A stretch of DNA of 63,862 bases, filler included, from Octopus bimaculoides (GCF_001194135.2; 6 parts of 5 records of this genome joined end to end with filler, not necessarily neighbours in it); one strand, 5' to 3'. Counted from the whole stretch's first letter, positions 11,049-23,244 are shown. Notes: generated by a model from the sequence alone, not told the origin. Program-made: numbers and translations.

Positions 11049-14000
11049 ATGTATGTTCATGTGTATTTGTGTGTACCCTTGTCTAGAGAACATGTGATCA
11101 TTATATGATGAAGATCGATATCATCATCCTAGAAGCAATGATGTTAAAAGATTACAAACTCGAGACTTCATCATCATCATCATCATCATCACCACCATCA
11201 TATGTCTGTTTTCCATGCTGGCATGGGTTGGACAGTTTGACAACATAAACAAAAGTACTGACATTCATAATAATAATTTCGAACACAAACACAATACCAG
11301 AAATTTAGAAGAGTGGGGGTGATTAATTCATTAAATAAACCTCAGTACTTCATTGGTACTTTATTTTTTTTTTTTTTCTACCCCAAAAAATGAAATGCTA
11401 AGTTGAACCCAGTAGGATTTGAACTCGGAAAGTAGAGCCAGAACTTTGTCCAAGCCAAAATCATTCTGCAAATTCACCACACTAGCAACAACAATACCAA
11501 CAGTAACATTGATATTACTATTATTATTATTATTATAAACTCACTAAGTCTACTCTGTGGAGTGACTAGTGTTAGGAAGGGCATCCAACCGTAGAAACCA
11601 TGCCAAAACAGATGACTGGATCCTGGTGCAGCTTTCTGCCGAGCTAGCTCCTTGTCAAACCATCCAACCCATGCCAGCATGGAAAGCAGACATTAAAGGA
11701 TGATGATAATATGTTCATATAAAATTAGTAAAAACAGACACCAGTGTGGCTGTGTGATCGACTGACTCACACACACACACACATACATATCTTGAAACAC
11801 TTACCAAAACTGGTGCTGGTGCTATTTTGCCTGAATGTTTACTGGTAAGGGTGGAACTAGAATCATTGTTATTAGCAAGACCAAATCTAAAAAAAAGAGA
11901 AAGAAATAAAATGAAGAATAATGTTATGAGTATTACCAAGAACAAACAGAGTTTATGAAACTGCTAAAAGCCATCAGCAATCTACATCTTAGAAAACATT
12001 GCTGCAACTAGAGGGATTTAAAAAATTCACTTAAGTTATACAACATCAGACCCTTCAGTTAATACAGTAACCTCTATGTGATTGTTCAACCTAATAGAAA
12101 TAGTAGCCAAATATCCCTTAAATGTATTGCAAAAAAAATGGAAGGATAAACTAGAGAATGATACAATGTCTAGAAAGAAATAGATCGAATGGTTACCACA
12201 GCCTGAATGCCTTTAGGCTCATATCTGTTCAATCAGATCTAACTTGGGACTAAACAACATCAACAACATTCATCAGTCTGGAGCATTTTTCCAGATGCTG
12301 TTGTTGGAATCATCTTTAACTACAGAATTAAACCCTTCAAGAACTAAGCCCGTGAATCTTTGAACCAATGCATTTAATCATAATATCACAAATATGCTTT
12401 GTACAAAATTTAAAAAATCTTACAGACTACACTATACAAAAAGAAATTTCATAATAGATATATGCATACAAGTATGTATGAATGAATGCATGTATTATGA
12501 GATAAGTTCAACAGGTTCATTTTTGGTTCACTCCAGTTCAGAGATCCACAGACTTGGTTCTGCCAGTGCCATGTAATAGCACAGGTGCTGGTGTCACATA
12601 AAAAGCACCCAGTACATTCTGTAAAGTGGTTGGCATTAGGTAAGGCATCCATTTGTTCTAACACACACTGTAAAGTGGTTGGTGTTAGGAAGGGCATCCA
12701 GCAGTAGAAAGGAAGCCAAATTAGATTGGAACCTTGTGCAGCTCTCCTTCTTGCCAGCTCTGGTTAAACTGTACAACCCATGGCAGCATGAAAAATAGAT
12801 GTTAAAGAATGATGATGATGACTTAAGTTAATATTAATATCATCATCATCGTTTAACGTCCGCTTTCCATGCTAGCATGGGTTGGACGATTTGACTGAGG
12901 ACTGGTGAATCAGATGGCTACACCAGGCTCCAAACTGATTTGGCAGAGTTTCTACAGCTGGATGCCCTTCCTAACGCCAACCACTCAATAGTTAGAAAAA
13001 AATCATCAGCTTGTCAGCAATTCATCTGAGAACATTTAGACATTACATTACCTTGCAGCTCTGGCAGCTTTCTTATCTGTGTCATTACTGATGCCAAATC
13101 TTTCAGCTCGCTGCTTTAATTTCTAAACAAATTTTGAAAAAGACACAAGGTAAAGCTGAATTCTTTGGAAAATAAATAGAATAACTGTGGTACAAAATTG
13201 AACATACACTTCAAATGATTATTAAATGAAAACATTAAGATTTACAATCTATAAATATTTCAGAATTGTAAGTGTTAAGTAAGTGACATGGTCAGTGTGG
13301 AATAAATAAAACCTACTGATAAATCTTCTATGATCATAATTATTTAACAATAGGGAGTATCAACTCCAATAGAAAGAAGAATGAGAATTATGACATCCAT
13401 ACCTTTTTCTAAATAGCTATTTTACTTGGAGCAAATGAAACAGCAATGGCAAAGAACTGAATATGGGTTCAACAGCACATACACATACCAACACAAATAT
13501 TCCATAAACATGCATACACCTACGCAAATCCTAACACACACACACACAAGTCCCACCGGAAATATATTTATTTCATCTCACCTCTTCTGCAGATAGTGGA
13601 GGTTTGATAGGCACCAGAGGTGAAGTTGATGACTCAGGACTGCTAGTTTCAATTTTGACAGGAACAAATGGTTTTGTTGTCTCACTGGGCATCTTGGTCT
13701 CTGGTAGTGATTCAGATTTCTCTTCTTGCTGTGTCTCTAATCTGATTGAGGTTTAAGAAAAATTCTCTTAATTAAAAACTTGAGTTAACTAGGACAAACA
13801 GTGAATTACATATTTACTTGTGCATAAGTTGTGCTATTTTATTACTGGATTTTAACCAAAAGAAAAAGAAAAACAGAAGCACAACTTATATGCATGGCAA
13901 AGTTAAAACTATGAAGGGAAAAATTTTGTACCATGATTAAATACTAAATTAGGGTTGTGACTTATACACAAATAAATACGGTAACTCTAAAGTGAGTAAT

Positions 14001-17000
14001 TTCTTCAGAACTGTGTATTTACCTAGAGCTTCATGACGTTAGGTCAGTTTATTTTCCAATGGCTTAGCCACAGAAAGAAGAGGAACAGTCACAAACTTTT
14101 GCAGGACTTCTCAAACTGAGAGAACGGTGGAAGAAATCTCATACTAAGAACCTGGTCCAAATATACTCAGCTAAAGCCCTAAGGGCCAAATGAGCAACAG
14201 AATAAGTCTACCACTCAAAGTTGCACATTTCAGCAGGCTCTGACATTGATTTCAGTCATCAAAATATCAAGGTCGCATCAAAGAGAAAACAATTTGCCTG
14301 ATGTCCCCCATCAACTAGTTCCACTTCACAAACAAAAGAACGAGAATCTTTATCAAATTTGTAAATATTTCAAATACCAATATTTTCTTGCTAGCACGAG
14401 TGGGATGATCCAGCAATATCATACAAGCAACACTTTATGAAATCATCATCATCATCATCATCGTCGTTTAACGTCCGCTTTCCATGCTAGCATGGGTTGG
14501 ACGATTTGACTGAGGACTGGTGGACCAGATGGCTACACCAGGCTCCAATCTGATTTGGCAGAGTTTCTACAGCTGGATGCCCTTCCTAACGCCAACCACT
14601 CCGAGAGTGTAGTGGGTGCTTTTACGTGTCACCGGCACGAAGGCCAGTCAGGCGGTACTGGCAACAGCTACACTCAAAATGGTGTATTTTACGTGCCACC
14701 TGCAGAGGAGCCAGTCCAGCGGCACTAAAAAACCCTTAACATTCAGATTACTGTCAAATGTAATGCTTATTTATTCACACTGTTTTGAATTAATCCTGCA
14801 TTATCTAGAACTCTGAGACTTTAATGCTGAGATTATTCATGTTTAGCAGGACATTGTGGTATCGGTTAGTCCAGATTTGGCCAATCTGAACATAAAACAA
14901 GTAAAATATTTGGGCTTGATATGGCCAGTTTAAATGCTTAAGGGTTAAACCGGCATTTAATGAGGATTATCAATAATTTGTTATGGAAACAAATAATGAT
15001 AAAAAACAATCAAGTGATAAATAAATAAGCCCCTAACACTTACATTGTCATACTGGCAGCAGTTTCCCTTATGACCACTTTAGTTTCAGCAGCATCAGTA
15101 GCATCTGAGTCACTGATGTTATCCATTTCCTCATCACCGGTTAACTGTAAATTGAAGGGCAGAAAAAGAGTAAAAAAAAAAAAAATAACAAGTGATAATG
15201 GATAGTTAAAAATGGGGAGATAGAAGATTCAGTGAAAAAATGTTGGAGTAAAGAACAATGATTAGAAGAGGGGCAAAAAACATCTAGTATGGAGATCTCT
15301 TCAACCATTTCGGTAATCTCTTGCCCTCCCATACAAGCTCAGTTGTCTTGGCTTTATCTTACCACTGGGCACATTAAGAACAAGGTGTCTTATGTGTGTA
15401 CAATTTTTTTGCACTCTAAAACAATTTAGCATTAGTCTAGCATTTGTCTATGCAACTGCTATGCCACCATCAAATTTGACAGACAAGTCAGCACTTGCTC
15501 TAATTCTTCATGTTCTCATTTCAAATGTCACAAAGGTCAATTTTGCACTCATCCTTCCAGCATCAATGAAACAGNNNNNNNNNNGGGGGGGGGGGGAGTT
15601 AGAGTGTTGGACAAAATACTTAATGGTGTTTGTTCCAGCTCTAAGTTCAGCTTTGACAACACAGGTGTTAAGTTGTATCAGTTGCTGAACATACTTGCAT
15701 GTATGGACAATTGTTAGACTTTCATGAAAAACATTGTCCAAGCTTATACTATGGAGAGAATCTTCCTAGGTTCTTGATCAATGGAAGTTGTCTTTATATT
15801 ATGATCTTTAAAATTTTTTAAGGCAATGAGAAAGCACAGACAGTAAAGCCATATTGTAGAATGTTTTACAGTAGTGGGTCTTCTGATTCATCAAAATCTG
15901 CCTGGGTTGACAATGCTTTTATTCATTATTTTGGCTTATTTCTATGGATGTTGAAGGGATGAATAGAGAAAGTAGCAAACATACTGGGGGTTCATTTACA
16001 TTCACTACACTCATCTCTAATGTTGTAGTCAAGTGTTTACTAGCATAATAAATCGTTAATTATACACACAAAATTGAAACAAGGCACCTTAATGTAGGCC
16101 AAGAAAACTGAGACAGATAGAGTAGGGTACACTGTACCTTGAGAACACAACTACAGTAAGGGACTAGATCAGTTATGGGCAAACTGCAGCCTGCAGAACA
16201 TTCAGAAACACACATCTTGAAATTTTAAGAGTGCCACCTGCCTGAAGATGAGCCACATCTCATGTGAACTGCTTGTTGAAAAAGGTTGCCCATGTCTGGT
16301 ATAGACTACCATCTTTATCTCATAAAACCTCAAAATCCAGGATAAAACTAAACTGAGTCAACCAAATAAACCACAAACAGACACACCCTTCATACTGACA
16401 AAATCAAAACAAAAGAAAAAGGCTTAAACTTTTCTTGAAATAACTTTTTAGTAATAAAGTTACTTTCTGGTACATAAAAGGCATTTCATTAAAATCATGA
16501 TGGGAGAATTAAATTTAGATATTAAATATCCAGATGGTTTTAGGTGGGTCGAGTGTATAAAAGATTTAGGGAATGCATTAAATTTACCTCATCAATCACA
16601 GCTCCATCAGGTTCTTCCTGGATATCTGTGTAACAAACAGACAAAATATTAAAATTTAGCAAAGATACAAGTGTTCATGAGAAATCTGCACTGAATCTAG
16701 GAACAAACCCGGAAAATGTCCCCCAAAGGAAGCATACCAATCTTGTCTTCTGAACAGCATTGCATATATCAAGACAAATTTATCACACTCCAACCCCATT
16801 TAACATAAATAGCATGATATTAGAATCTTCATTATTACTTCAAATTCTAGGTCTCATTATCACCAAGGAACTCTCCTGGTGAATGCCCATCCTAAACACA
16901 TGAACAACAGGGTTTCCTCTTCCAAATAAGGAAATACTTCTTACTATGCAACAAATCTCAGATAAGATCCACAATGGAAAACTACATCCATATCTGGGAA

Positions 17001-20000
17001 AATGCTGCTGCTACAAACACACAGAGATATGCAAGACCATATCTATAAAATAGGCCATTCGACTGATTAGCATAAAGTCACTCACAGACACACCTTAATC
17101 TCTAGACCATAAACAAGCTGTCTCTTCTCTTTGTTTTTACTATTGTTATTATCATGGTCTCTGCTCAGCAGAGCTAGCTGGTCTAATGACACCTCCACTT
17201 AGGCACTCTCTACACATTTGTCTCTCCAGCACTCATCACTCAAATTGCATTCACCACACCCAACACACTAACTAACCAAAGTGCTGGCAGAGCAGCAGAA
17301 GTAACTCTGCGTGGAAATCGCCCAGGACAGGACATGCTGGACTGTGCAAACCATGACCCAAACTTCATGAAGACCATCATCACTCGTGATGAGACATGAA
17401 TTTATGGTTTCTGCTCAATGCTTTTGGTCATTGGTCATCTAGAAGGGAAACGAAAATCTAACAAGCATGCACTACACGTCTGTAATTTGGGTGTAACAGC
17501 AAGGAACTGATGTGGCGTACCGGTGCAAAAATTTTCATGCATGCACATGAAGGGTGGTGTCACCTCCCACCCAAAGAACTTTGCTCACCCAGCACTGGTT
17601 TTGGTGGGAAAAATAGTCGGATACTTTTTGAATGCACCTCATATACCACACACACTGTAAAGTGATAGGGCATCCATCTATAGAAGCCATGCCAAACAGT
17701 CTTTGGAACACAATGCACTCTCTGTGCCCATCAGTTCTTGTCAAACTGTTCAACCTATGCCAGTATGGAACATGGACAGTAAATGATGGTCATCCTTCTT
17801 TCCCAATTAATGGGTTTTTTCTAGGTACACAGATTGGACATGTCCACTGAACAGCATGTCACAATTTGTCATCTTTCTCATTTGTAAGGACCAGCTTCCT
17901 AAAATCAGGCTTTACCACTTCTCTACCCAAATCTTTGTCAAAGTTATATAAATGTACTGAAATCTCATAATAAACATTCTAAATTAATCGAATGGATTAA
18001 TATACTTTTACCAACCTGCTTCAGGATTGAGTGCTTTTTCCAGGCGGTTCAAAAGTTCTGCTTTTGTACCTATGGAAGACAAACCACGTTCCTTTAACTC
18101 TTTCCGTAATTCTGCAACCTAGGAAAAATAAATGAAAGACCTGAAGATAGCAAGGAAATACACATTGCTACATAGCAGCCCTTTAAGTTTTTTTCTATTA
18201 TGAATTATCAACTATACACTGAAACCATACAGAATTATAATCAACATGCAACACTTATATCTGAGACTGCTTTCAAGTGAGTTTATGAGGGAGCCAGTAT
18301 GGGGTCATTTCTCTGACTTGAAACAGAATACAAAATCTCTTTTAAAAAAGTCAGAGAGAGAGAGAAGGGCATATTGTATAATGTAATCTGAGATACATTA
18401 TGTCTGAAAAGAAAGGATGGCAACAATGCCATTAATCATACGGCTCCTTAATCAGAGCTAACCTGAGGCTAAAGAACAGCCACATTCAAGAGAGAAGGGC
18501 AAAAATCCATTCATTAACACATTACAATTATACTGCTTTTTTTATCACTACTACAACAGTTTGCTCTCCTGTGATGTAACTAGCTGCTTATCACTTCCAC
18601 TTAGGGCCCACATAACACATCAGTCTCTGCTAAGCCCTTCCTCCCAGTCTAAAACCACTACTGTGTTTCAACTCTTAGATCCTGCAATAAACCATTTTCC
18701 CTCAAGAACTTAACTTTCATGAATTCCCTCACTGCCATTGTCTTTCCGAGAGATATTGAGCAACAGATTTTCATTGATCTTTCCTGGTCTGAGAAAGACT
18801 GCAAAAATTACAAGCACAGCCTCTCTCTAGTCACTAAGTTACAGAAGAGAGTCATTTCTGCGACTATCTTAGGAAGTGCAGCTAATATATGCACCAACAT
18901 TTATGACTGCATCAAAAAAGTTAGTCAATAAGCTAAAAAAAAAAAACCCTACTACACAATGCATTTTGTCTAATACAGCTAAAATCACTTCTGCACCTCT
19001 TAACTACCAACAGTCTACATCTCCCTCCTAAAAATCATAATACACGTGCCTTCCTTTCAACTCATTCCTATTATATCTCACATTCTGAAAGTATTAACTA
19101 AAAACAAGTATTAGCATCAGCAACTGAGAAGCTATCACTCATAACAGGACAATCCAGAGTTTCTTTATTCATTAAGAAGTGGACTACTATGAACAGTGGA
19201 GGCGCAATGGCCCAGTTGTTAGGGAAGCGGACTCGCGGTCATAGGATCGCGGTTTCGATTCCCAGACCGGACGTTTTGAGTGTTTATTGAGTGAAAACAC
19301 CTAAAGCTCCACGAGGCTCCGGCAGGGGATGGTGGCAAACAAACCCTGCTGTACTCTTTCACCACAACTTTCTCTCTCTCTTACTTCCTGTTTCTGTTGT
19401 GCCTGTAATTCAAAGGGCCAGCCTTGTCACACTGTGTCACGCTGAATATCCCCGAGAACTACGTTAAGGGTACATGTGTCTGTGGAGTGCTCAGCCTTGT
19501 CACATTGTGTCACGCTGAGTATCCCCGAGAACTACGTTAAGGGTACACGTGTTTGTGGAGTGCTCAGCCACTTGCAAGTTAATTTCCCGAGCAGGTTGTT
19601 CCGTTGATCGGATCAACTGGAACCCTCGACGTTGTAAGCGACGGAGTGCCAACAACAACAACAACTATGAACAATTCTGTTGAGGATATTGTTGGGCCAT
19701 TAAGGAGAAAAGTAAACAATGAAGCCATTAAGGAGAAAAGTAAACAATGAAGCCATCTGTCAAAACCTATCACCTCTGGAATGATCTACCTTCACTGTAA
19801 GATTTTTGCTACTAGGACTATATCTTGTTTATTGGTTATATATTTGTCAAGTTAACGCTAACACAATGGTATCAATAATCTGTTGAAATATGCTAAATCC
19901 AATTAAAAGCAGGGCAGGTTAAAATGTTATCTGTTAACATACATATTATTTACTTGACAAGAATAATTTATATTGATAAGGAAGTTTAGGAAATAACCAT

Positions 20001-21422
20001 AACATTAACTGGTTTACAAATTTTAGATCTATGTAGATAATGCAAGAAGGATGTAAACTAAATAGTTGTTTAGCCCAAGGTAAACCCGGAGCCAACAGAC
20101 TATGATCAGAAGTATTTCAACCATGATGATCCTGTCGTTTTTTTCCGGTTTGTTTACATCGGACTGCATTACCTAAGGTATTCTTTTTTTTTTTTTTTTA
20201 TAAGTTGTGATTTAGAGGAAATCTGCCGATAATTCCAACACGTTGATCCACTCGCATGGAGGAATAATAAATGCTGAAGCTTCCTTGTTCGCTCAGAGGC
20301 TTGATGTTGTTGTAGCTTAGACCCAGGACAGCCCTGGTCGAGACCATGATCAAAAATATTCCATCCGTGACTTTCCCATCTAAATTTAACTTGTCCGATG
20401 TCTTCCTTTTCTGAAAACGGCAGGGTATGATTTAAAGAAATTTAGTTTTTCCTAGCAAGTCAGGCGACCGCNNNNNNNNNNNNNNNNNNNNNNNNNNNNN
20501 NNNNNNNNNNNNNNNNNNNNNNNNNNNNNNNNNNNNNNNNNNNNNNNNNNNNNNNNNNNNNNNNNNNNNNNNNNNNNNNNNNNNNNNNNNNNNNNNNNNN
20601 NNNNNNNNNNNNNNNNNNNNNNNNNNNNNNNNNNNNNNNNNNNNNNNNNNNNNNNNNNNNNNNNNNNNNNNNNNNNNNNNNNNNNNNNNNNNNNNNNNNN
20701 NNNNNNNNNNNNNNNNNNNNNNNNNNNNNNNNNNNNNNNNNNNNNNNNNNNNNNNNNNNNNNNNNNNNNNNNNNNNNNNNNNNNNNNNNNNNNNNNNNNN
20801 NNNNNNNNNNNNNNNNNNNNNNNNNNNNNNNNNNNNNNNNNNNNNNNNNNNNNNNNNNNNNNNNNNNNNNNNNNNNNNNNNNNNNNNNNNNNNNNNNNNN
20901 NNNNNNNNNNNNNNNNNNNNNNNNNNNNNNNNNNNNNNNNNNNNNNNNNNNNNNNNNNNNNNNNNNNNNNNNNNNNNNNNNNNNNNNNNNNNNNNNNNNN
21001 NNNNNNNNNNNNNNNNNNNNNNNNNNNNNNNNNNNNNNNNNNNNNNNNNNNNNNNNNNNNNNNNNNNNNNNNNNNNNNNNNNNNNNNNNNNNNNNNNNNN
21101 NNNNNNNNNNNNNNNNNNNNNNNNNNNNNNNNNNNNNNNNNNNNNNNNNNNNNNNNNNNNNNNNNNNNNNNNNNNNNNNNNNNNNNNTTGTAATTCTTCC
21201 CCCTTCTACCACATTACTAAAAGTACACACAGTACACACTGCCGACAACACAAACCAATGGCAAAACAACATCAAAAGCTAAATGCAAATGCAACAATTG
21301 AACTAAAAGACAATGACACACCAGACCGGCATCATCAGCGTCATGCTAACCGTGTAACGTACCTTCATTTTACCATGCTGAGTACTGGGAATGTCTTCCA
21401 CATTTACTTCGAGGTCAGCCAT
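6597..21422 (-). CDS. SARNP: SAP domain-containing ribonucleoprotein (SARNP/CIP29/Tho1), 10 coding exons, 927 nt, 308 aa
   Basis: join(21363-21422,18016-18118,16588-16625,15044-15144,13582-13741,13052-13122,11805-11886,9830-9901,9137-9334,6597-6638); all GT-AG, phases compatible, no internal stop; N-terminal SAP domain and five RAERFG-type motifs. Confidence 0.95.
6860..7190 (-). mobile_element. Old tRNA-derived SINE with a V-domain-like GTGTTCTTGAGCAAAACAC segment
   Basis: Reverse complement GAGGGTGCATGGCTTAGTGGTTAGG...GATTTCAATTCC (degenerate A/B boxes). Confidence 0.55.
7795..8052 (+). mobile_element. SINE family A, internally deleted copy
   Basis: tRNA head and body jump from GCCTTGTCACGCTGA directly to CGGAGTGCCAACAAC; about 150-170 bp missing relative to the 37676 copy. 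Confidence 0.85.
8320..9095 (-). mobile_element. Degenerate CR1/L2-type LINE reverse-transcriptase fragment in SARNP intron 9
   Basis: Frameshifted RT motifs DFAKA..CHTK, LSTMGVKDDLFNWLESF, PQGSVLGPLLFVAYINDI, GDDIKLY, DLGITVSSNLHWTKHISKIVKKA. Confidence 0.85.
9137..9334 (-). CDS. SARNP: SARNP exon 9 (LEDEVKRRKRKERFG...poly-Thr...KKSDEIE)
   Basis: ttttgacag|TTG...GAG|gtaaat; 198 nt; overlaps ORF 9038..9334. Confidence 0.93.
9830..9901 (-). CDS. SARNP: SARNP exon 8 (ADDLDRLKKRAERFGTIVSNTLSR)
   Basis: tttctacag|GCA...CGA|gtatga; 72 nt, phase 0-0. Confidence 0.95.
10432..10610 (-). mobile_element. SINE family D (CORE-like GCCTTTCATCCTTTTGGGGTCGATAAATTAAGTACC; tail TTTAGCCCCTTGTGGGCAGTAAAGAAATAAG)
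   Basis: Related copies at 33665, 33895, 34665, 42610, 51070, 51330. Confidence 0.75.
10835..10998 (+). mobile_element. SINE family B 5' half followed by (TA)n
   Basis: GTGTGGTTAAGAAACTTG...TTCAGTCCCACTG...GAAACTGAAAGAAGCC. Confidence 0.75.
11805..11886 (-). CDS. SARNP: SARNP exon 7 (RFGLANNND...APAPVL)
   Basis: tttttag|A TTT GGT...TTG|gtaagt; completes RAARFG. Confidence 0.92.
12555..12820 (+). mobile_element. SINE-like family C, diverged copy
   Basis: GGTTGGTGTTAGGAAGGGCATCC...CAACCCATGGCAGCATG...(GAT)n. Confidence 0.75.
12839..12985 (-). mobile_element. SINE-like family C, young 3' fragment
   Basis: Near-identical to 14460-14600. Confidence 0.85.
13052..13122 (-). CDS. SARNP: SARNP exon 6 (KLKQRAERFGISNDTDKKAARAA)
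   Basis: ttgtttag|AAA...AG|gtaatg; Tho1/MOS11 C-terminal repeat region. Confidence 0.95.
13582..13741 (-). CDS. SARNP: SARNP exon 5 (LETQQEEK...PPLSAEE)
   Basis: aatcag|A TTA...GAG|gtgaga; 160 nt, phase 2-0; S/P/E/T-rich linker. Confidence 0.88.
14445..14735 (-). mobile_element. SINE-like family C, young copy in SARNP intron 4
   Basis: (CAT)n-CGTTTAACGTCCGCTTTCCATGCTAGCATGGGTTGG...GGATGCCCTTCCTAACGCCAACC. Confidence 0.85.
15044..15144 (-). CDS. SARNP: SARNP exon 4 (LTGDEEMDNISDSDATDAAETKVVIRETAASMT)
   Basis: tttacag|TTA...AT|gtaagt; 101 nt, phase 0-2. Confidence 0.85.
16588..16625 (-). CDS. SARNP: SARNP exon 3 (DIQEEPDGAVIDE)
   Basis: ttacacag|AT...GAG|gtaaat; 38 nt, phase 1-0; acidic linker. 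Confidence 0.85.
17270..17643 (+). mobile_element. Internally deleted mariner element with right TIR
   Basis: Degenerate QDMLDCANHDPNFMKTIITRDET*IYG (first D region of mariner transposase); TIR GTCGGATACTTTTTGAATGCACCTC followed by TA. Confidence 0.75.
18016..18118 (-). CDS. SARNP: SARNP exon 2, SAP domain (VAELRKELKERGLSSIGTKAELLNRLEKALNPEA)
   Basis: tttttcctag|GTT...GCAG|gttggt; canonical SAP pattern LxxELxxRGLxxxGxKxELxxRL. Confidence 0.95.
19198..19665 (+). mobile_element. SINE family A, full length with internal ~73-bp tandem duplication
   Basis: tRNA head, body, (CAA)n tail; GCCTTGTCAC...GTGGAGTGCTCA unit present twice (about 19421-19566). Confidence 0.9.
21363..21422 (-). CDS. SARNP: SARNP coding exon 1 (MADLEVNVEDIPSTQHGKMK)
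   Basis: gaaATGGCT start; AAG|gtacgt donor; phase 0 into the SAP exon. Confidence 0.88.
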
Positions 21423-22789
21423 TTCTTTTTTATATACTTTTTTATTGAATCTGAAATTGGAATACCAGATCTGTTTTCTAACATTAAAGAGCTAACTAAA
21501 GCCAAGGAAAACAAAAATTTAATTAGAATATGTCAGAGTCACCTCCCTTGCAAAGTTATTTTATTACGGACGTTTGTTATTCTGTTCTGTTTCAGACGGT
21601 CATTTGACTGTGAGAAATAACCAAATTTCTCTCTCTTAAATTGCACCTTTGTCTTAAAGAAAGATACGGTGGACAATAGCTAGTACCCAGTATGCAAAAA
21701 GACGTGATGATCATGACTGGTAAACCTTCAGTCATATGTCGGGACACCGACGTGCTAATAAATACCTGCCAAATCGCCCTTGCGGTGATTTTGGTAGGAT
21801 TGTTAGAGGGCCAGACAAAATGCTTAATGTTCTTTTTTCTTATGCCAGGGTAGCTAGTTTTACCTGGAAATGAACGAAGAGGAAACTATCTCTGAAGAGC
21901 CGGGCGGAGGTGGCAAATGCTTACATCTCATTCATTATCTAATGCTGACTGGCCGTCGTACCTTGCCTTGTTTCATAGCTAAGCAAAATGGAACTGATCT
22001 TTCGCTTTCTGTGGAGGGGATGTGTTCCTCTGGTCAGACGGTCTATTTACTGTTAATTTTTATTTAATGGAAGACTGGGCATGCTGTGGTTAATGATGTC
22101 CCGATTGTGACAACTCAAGCATTTCCTTGACGGTGAACAAGTGTGGTCACCGTTTGCTAGACACGGTTTTCCACAACTCGTCTCTTTAATGGAGCAGCAG
22201 TCCTGACTCAAGCGTAGGCTGAGGTGTCTGGCACTTTGAATGTCGTCAGATGCTCCTCGCCTTCTACCAGTCGGGTAGTGCAATCGGTGAATGTTCTACT
22301 TCGCCGTTCCACAAAGGATTAGTGAGGGGAAAGAGCAACAACGTCCGCGAGGAAACTCTAGATGTCGATGAAAATCAATTGATTGGTCTGTTCCGAAAGA
22401 CTTTCGAGGCCCATAGATAACTTCCAGAAATCCCTAACAGAGCTCTCAGGAGTGAAGGGACATTGCCGGTTCGGGATAAACTTTACAAGCATGATAGTTG
22501 TGCTTACTCGAGATATGTGCACAGTGACGAAACCATCCTTCATGCACTCATACAGTATTCAAACATTGATGAGATGTGGAGAATTATGTCGAGCAACTGC
22601 TATTATGTGTAGGACAGATCTGGCTGTCAAGATCGCACCACCGCAATTCTTTGACCGGGAAGGGCAGGCAGTTTTCTTCTCTGATTGCTGTGGCGAAAGA
22701 GTTAGTGTGTCAGACAAAACTGAAGGAACTGAAGACAGACATTTTCGGTCAAAACTTCATCGACTTTTTCCGGGTTCCACTTGGGACAT

Positions 22790-23160
22790 AAATGTTTACT
22801 CAAAGTATCTGTCCTCAGTTTCCACCACGGCCGCAAGATGGCTCCTCTCTGTGCTCCTGAGAAGATCTTTGAACATTTCCTTGATCTTGCCCCCCCCCCC
22901 ACTTCGACCTTAGTGTTGCAAGCAAAGTGGCTGTTGTCTTTCTCAACTGCACACCACACATAGTAATCCATGGGATTACAACTGGGATAATTAGGAAGCC
23001 AGAAATTGGGGCTGATGAAGTTGTAGAAGTTTTCCGACGACCACTTCTGACTCTTTCTGGAGCTATGGCAAGGAACCGAACCCTGCTACCACACATATGA
23101 CCTTCCATCAGCAACCTTCTGCAGCGAGTCATTGAATACATTCTCCAGTAGCTTCATATA
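22790..23160 (-). mobile_element. Tc1/mariner-superfamily transposase C-terminal fragment (DD37D/maT-like), degenerate
   Basis: Across frameshifts: GRSYVW*QGSVPCHSSRKSQKWSSENFYNFISPNFWLPNYPSCNPMDYYVWCAVEK (QQDSAP.H and WPPNSPD.NP.DY motifs). Confidence 0.8.
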
Positions 23161-23244
23161 GCCGTCTGAATTGAGCCTAAGACTTAAAAGTATCGAACAA
23201 GTGTGGTACATAGTTGCTCGTAGGCTTGCTCGTTCAGAGTTGAC

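Noticed and set aside
19695-19755. 28-bp tandem duplication (also 14-bp at about 1385-1415 and 30-bp at about 24725-24790) considered as CRISPR-like or minisatellite arrays
   Set aside because: Only two units, no spacers, eukaryotic context; simple slippage duplications
22383-22913. 176-aa + strand ORF
   Set aside because: No recognisable motif; its 3' part is the antisense shadow of the DD37D-like transposase fragment
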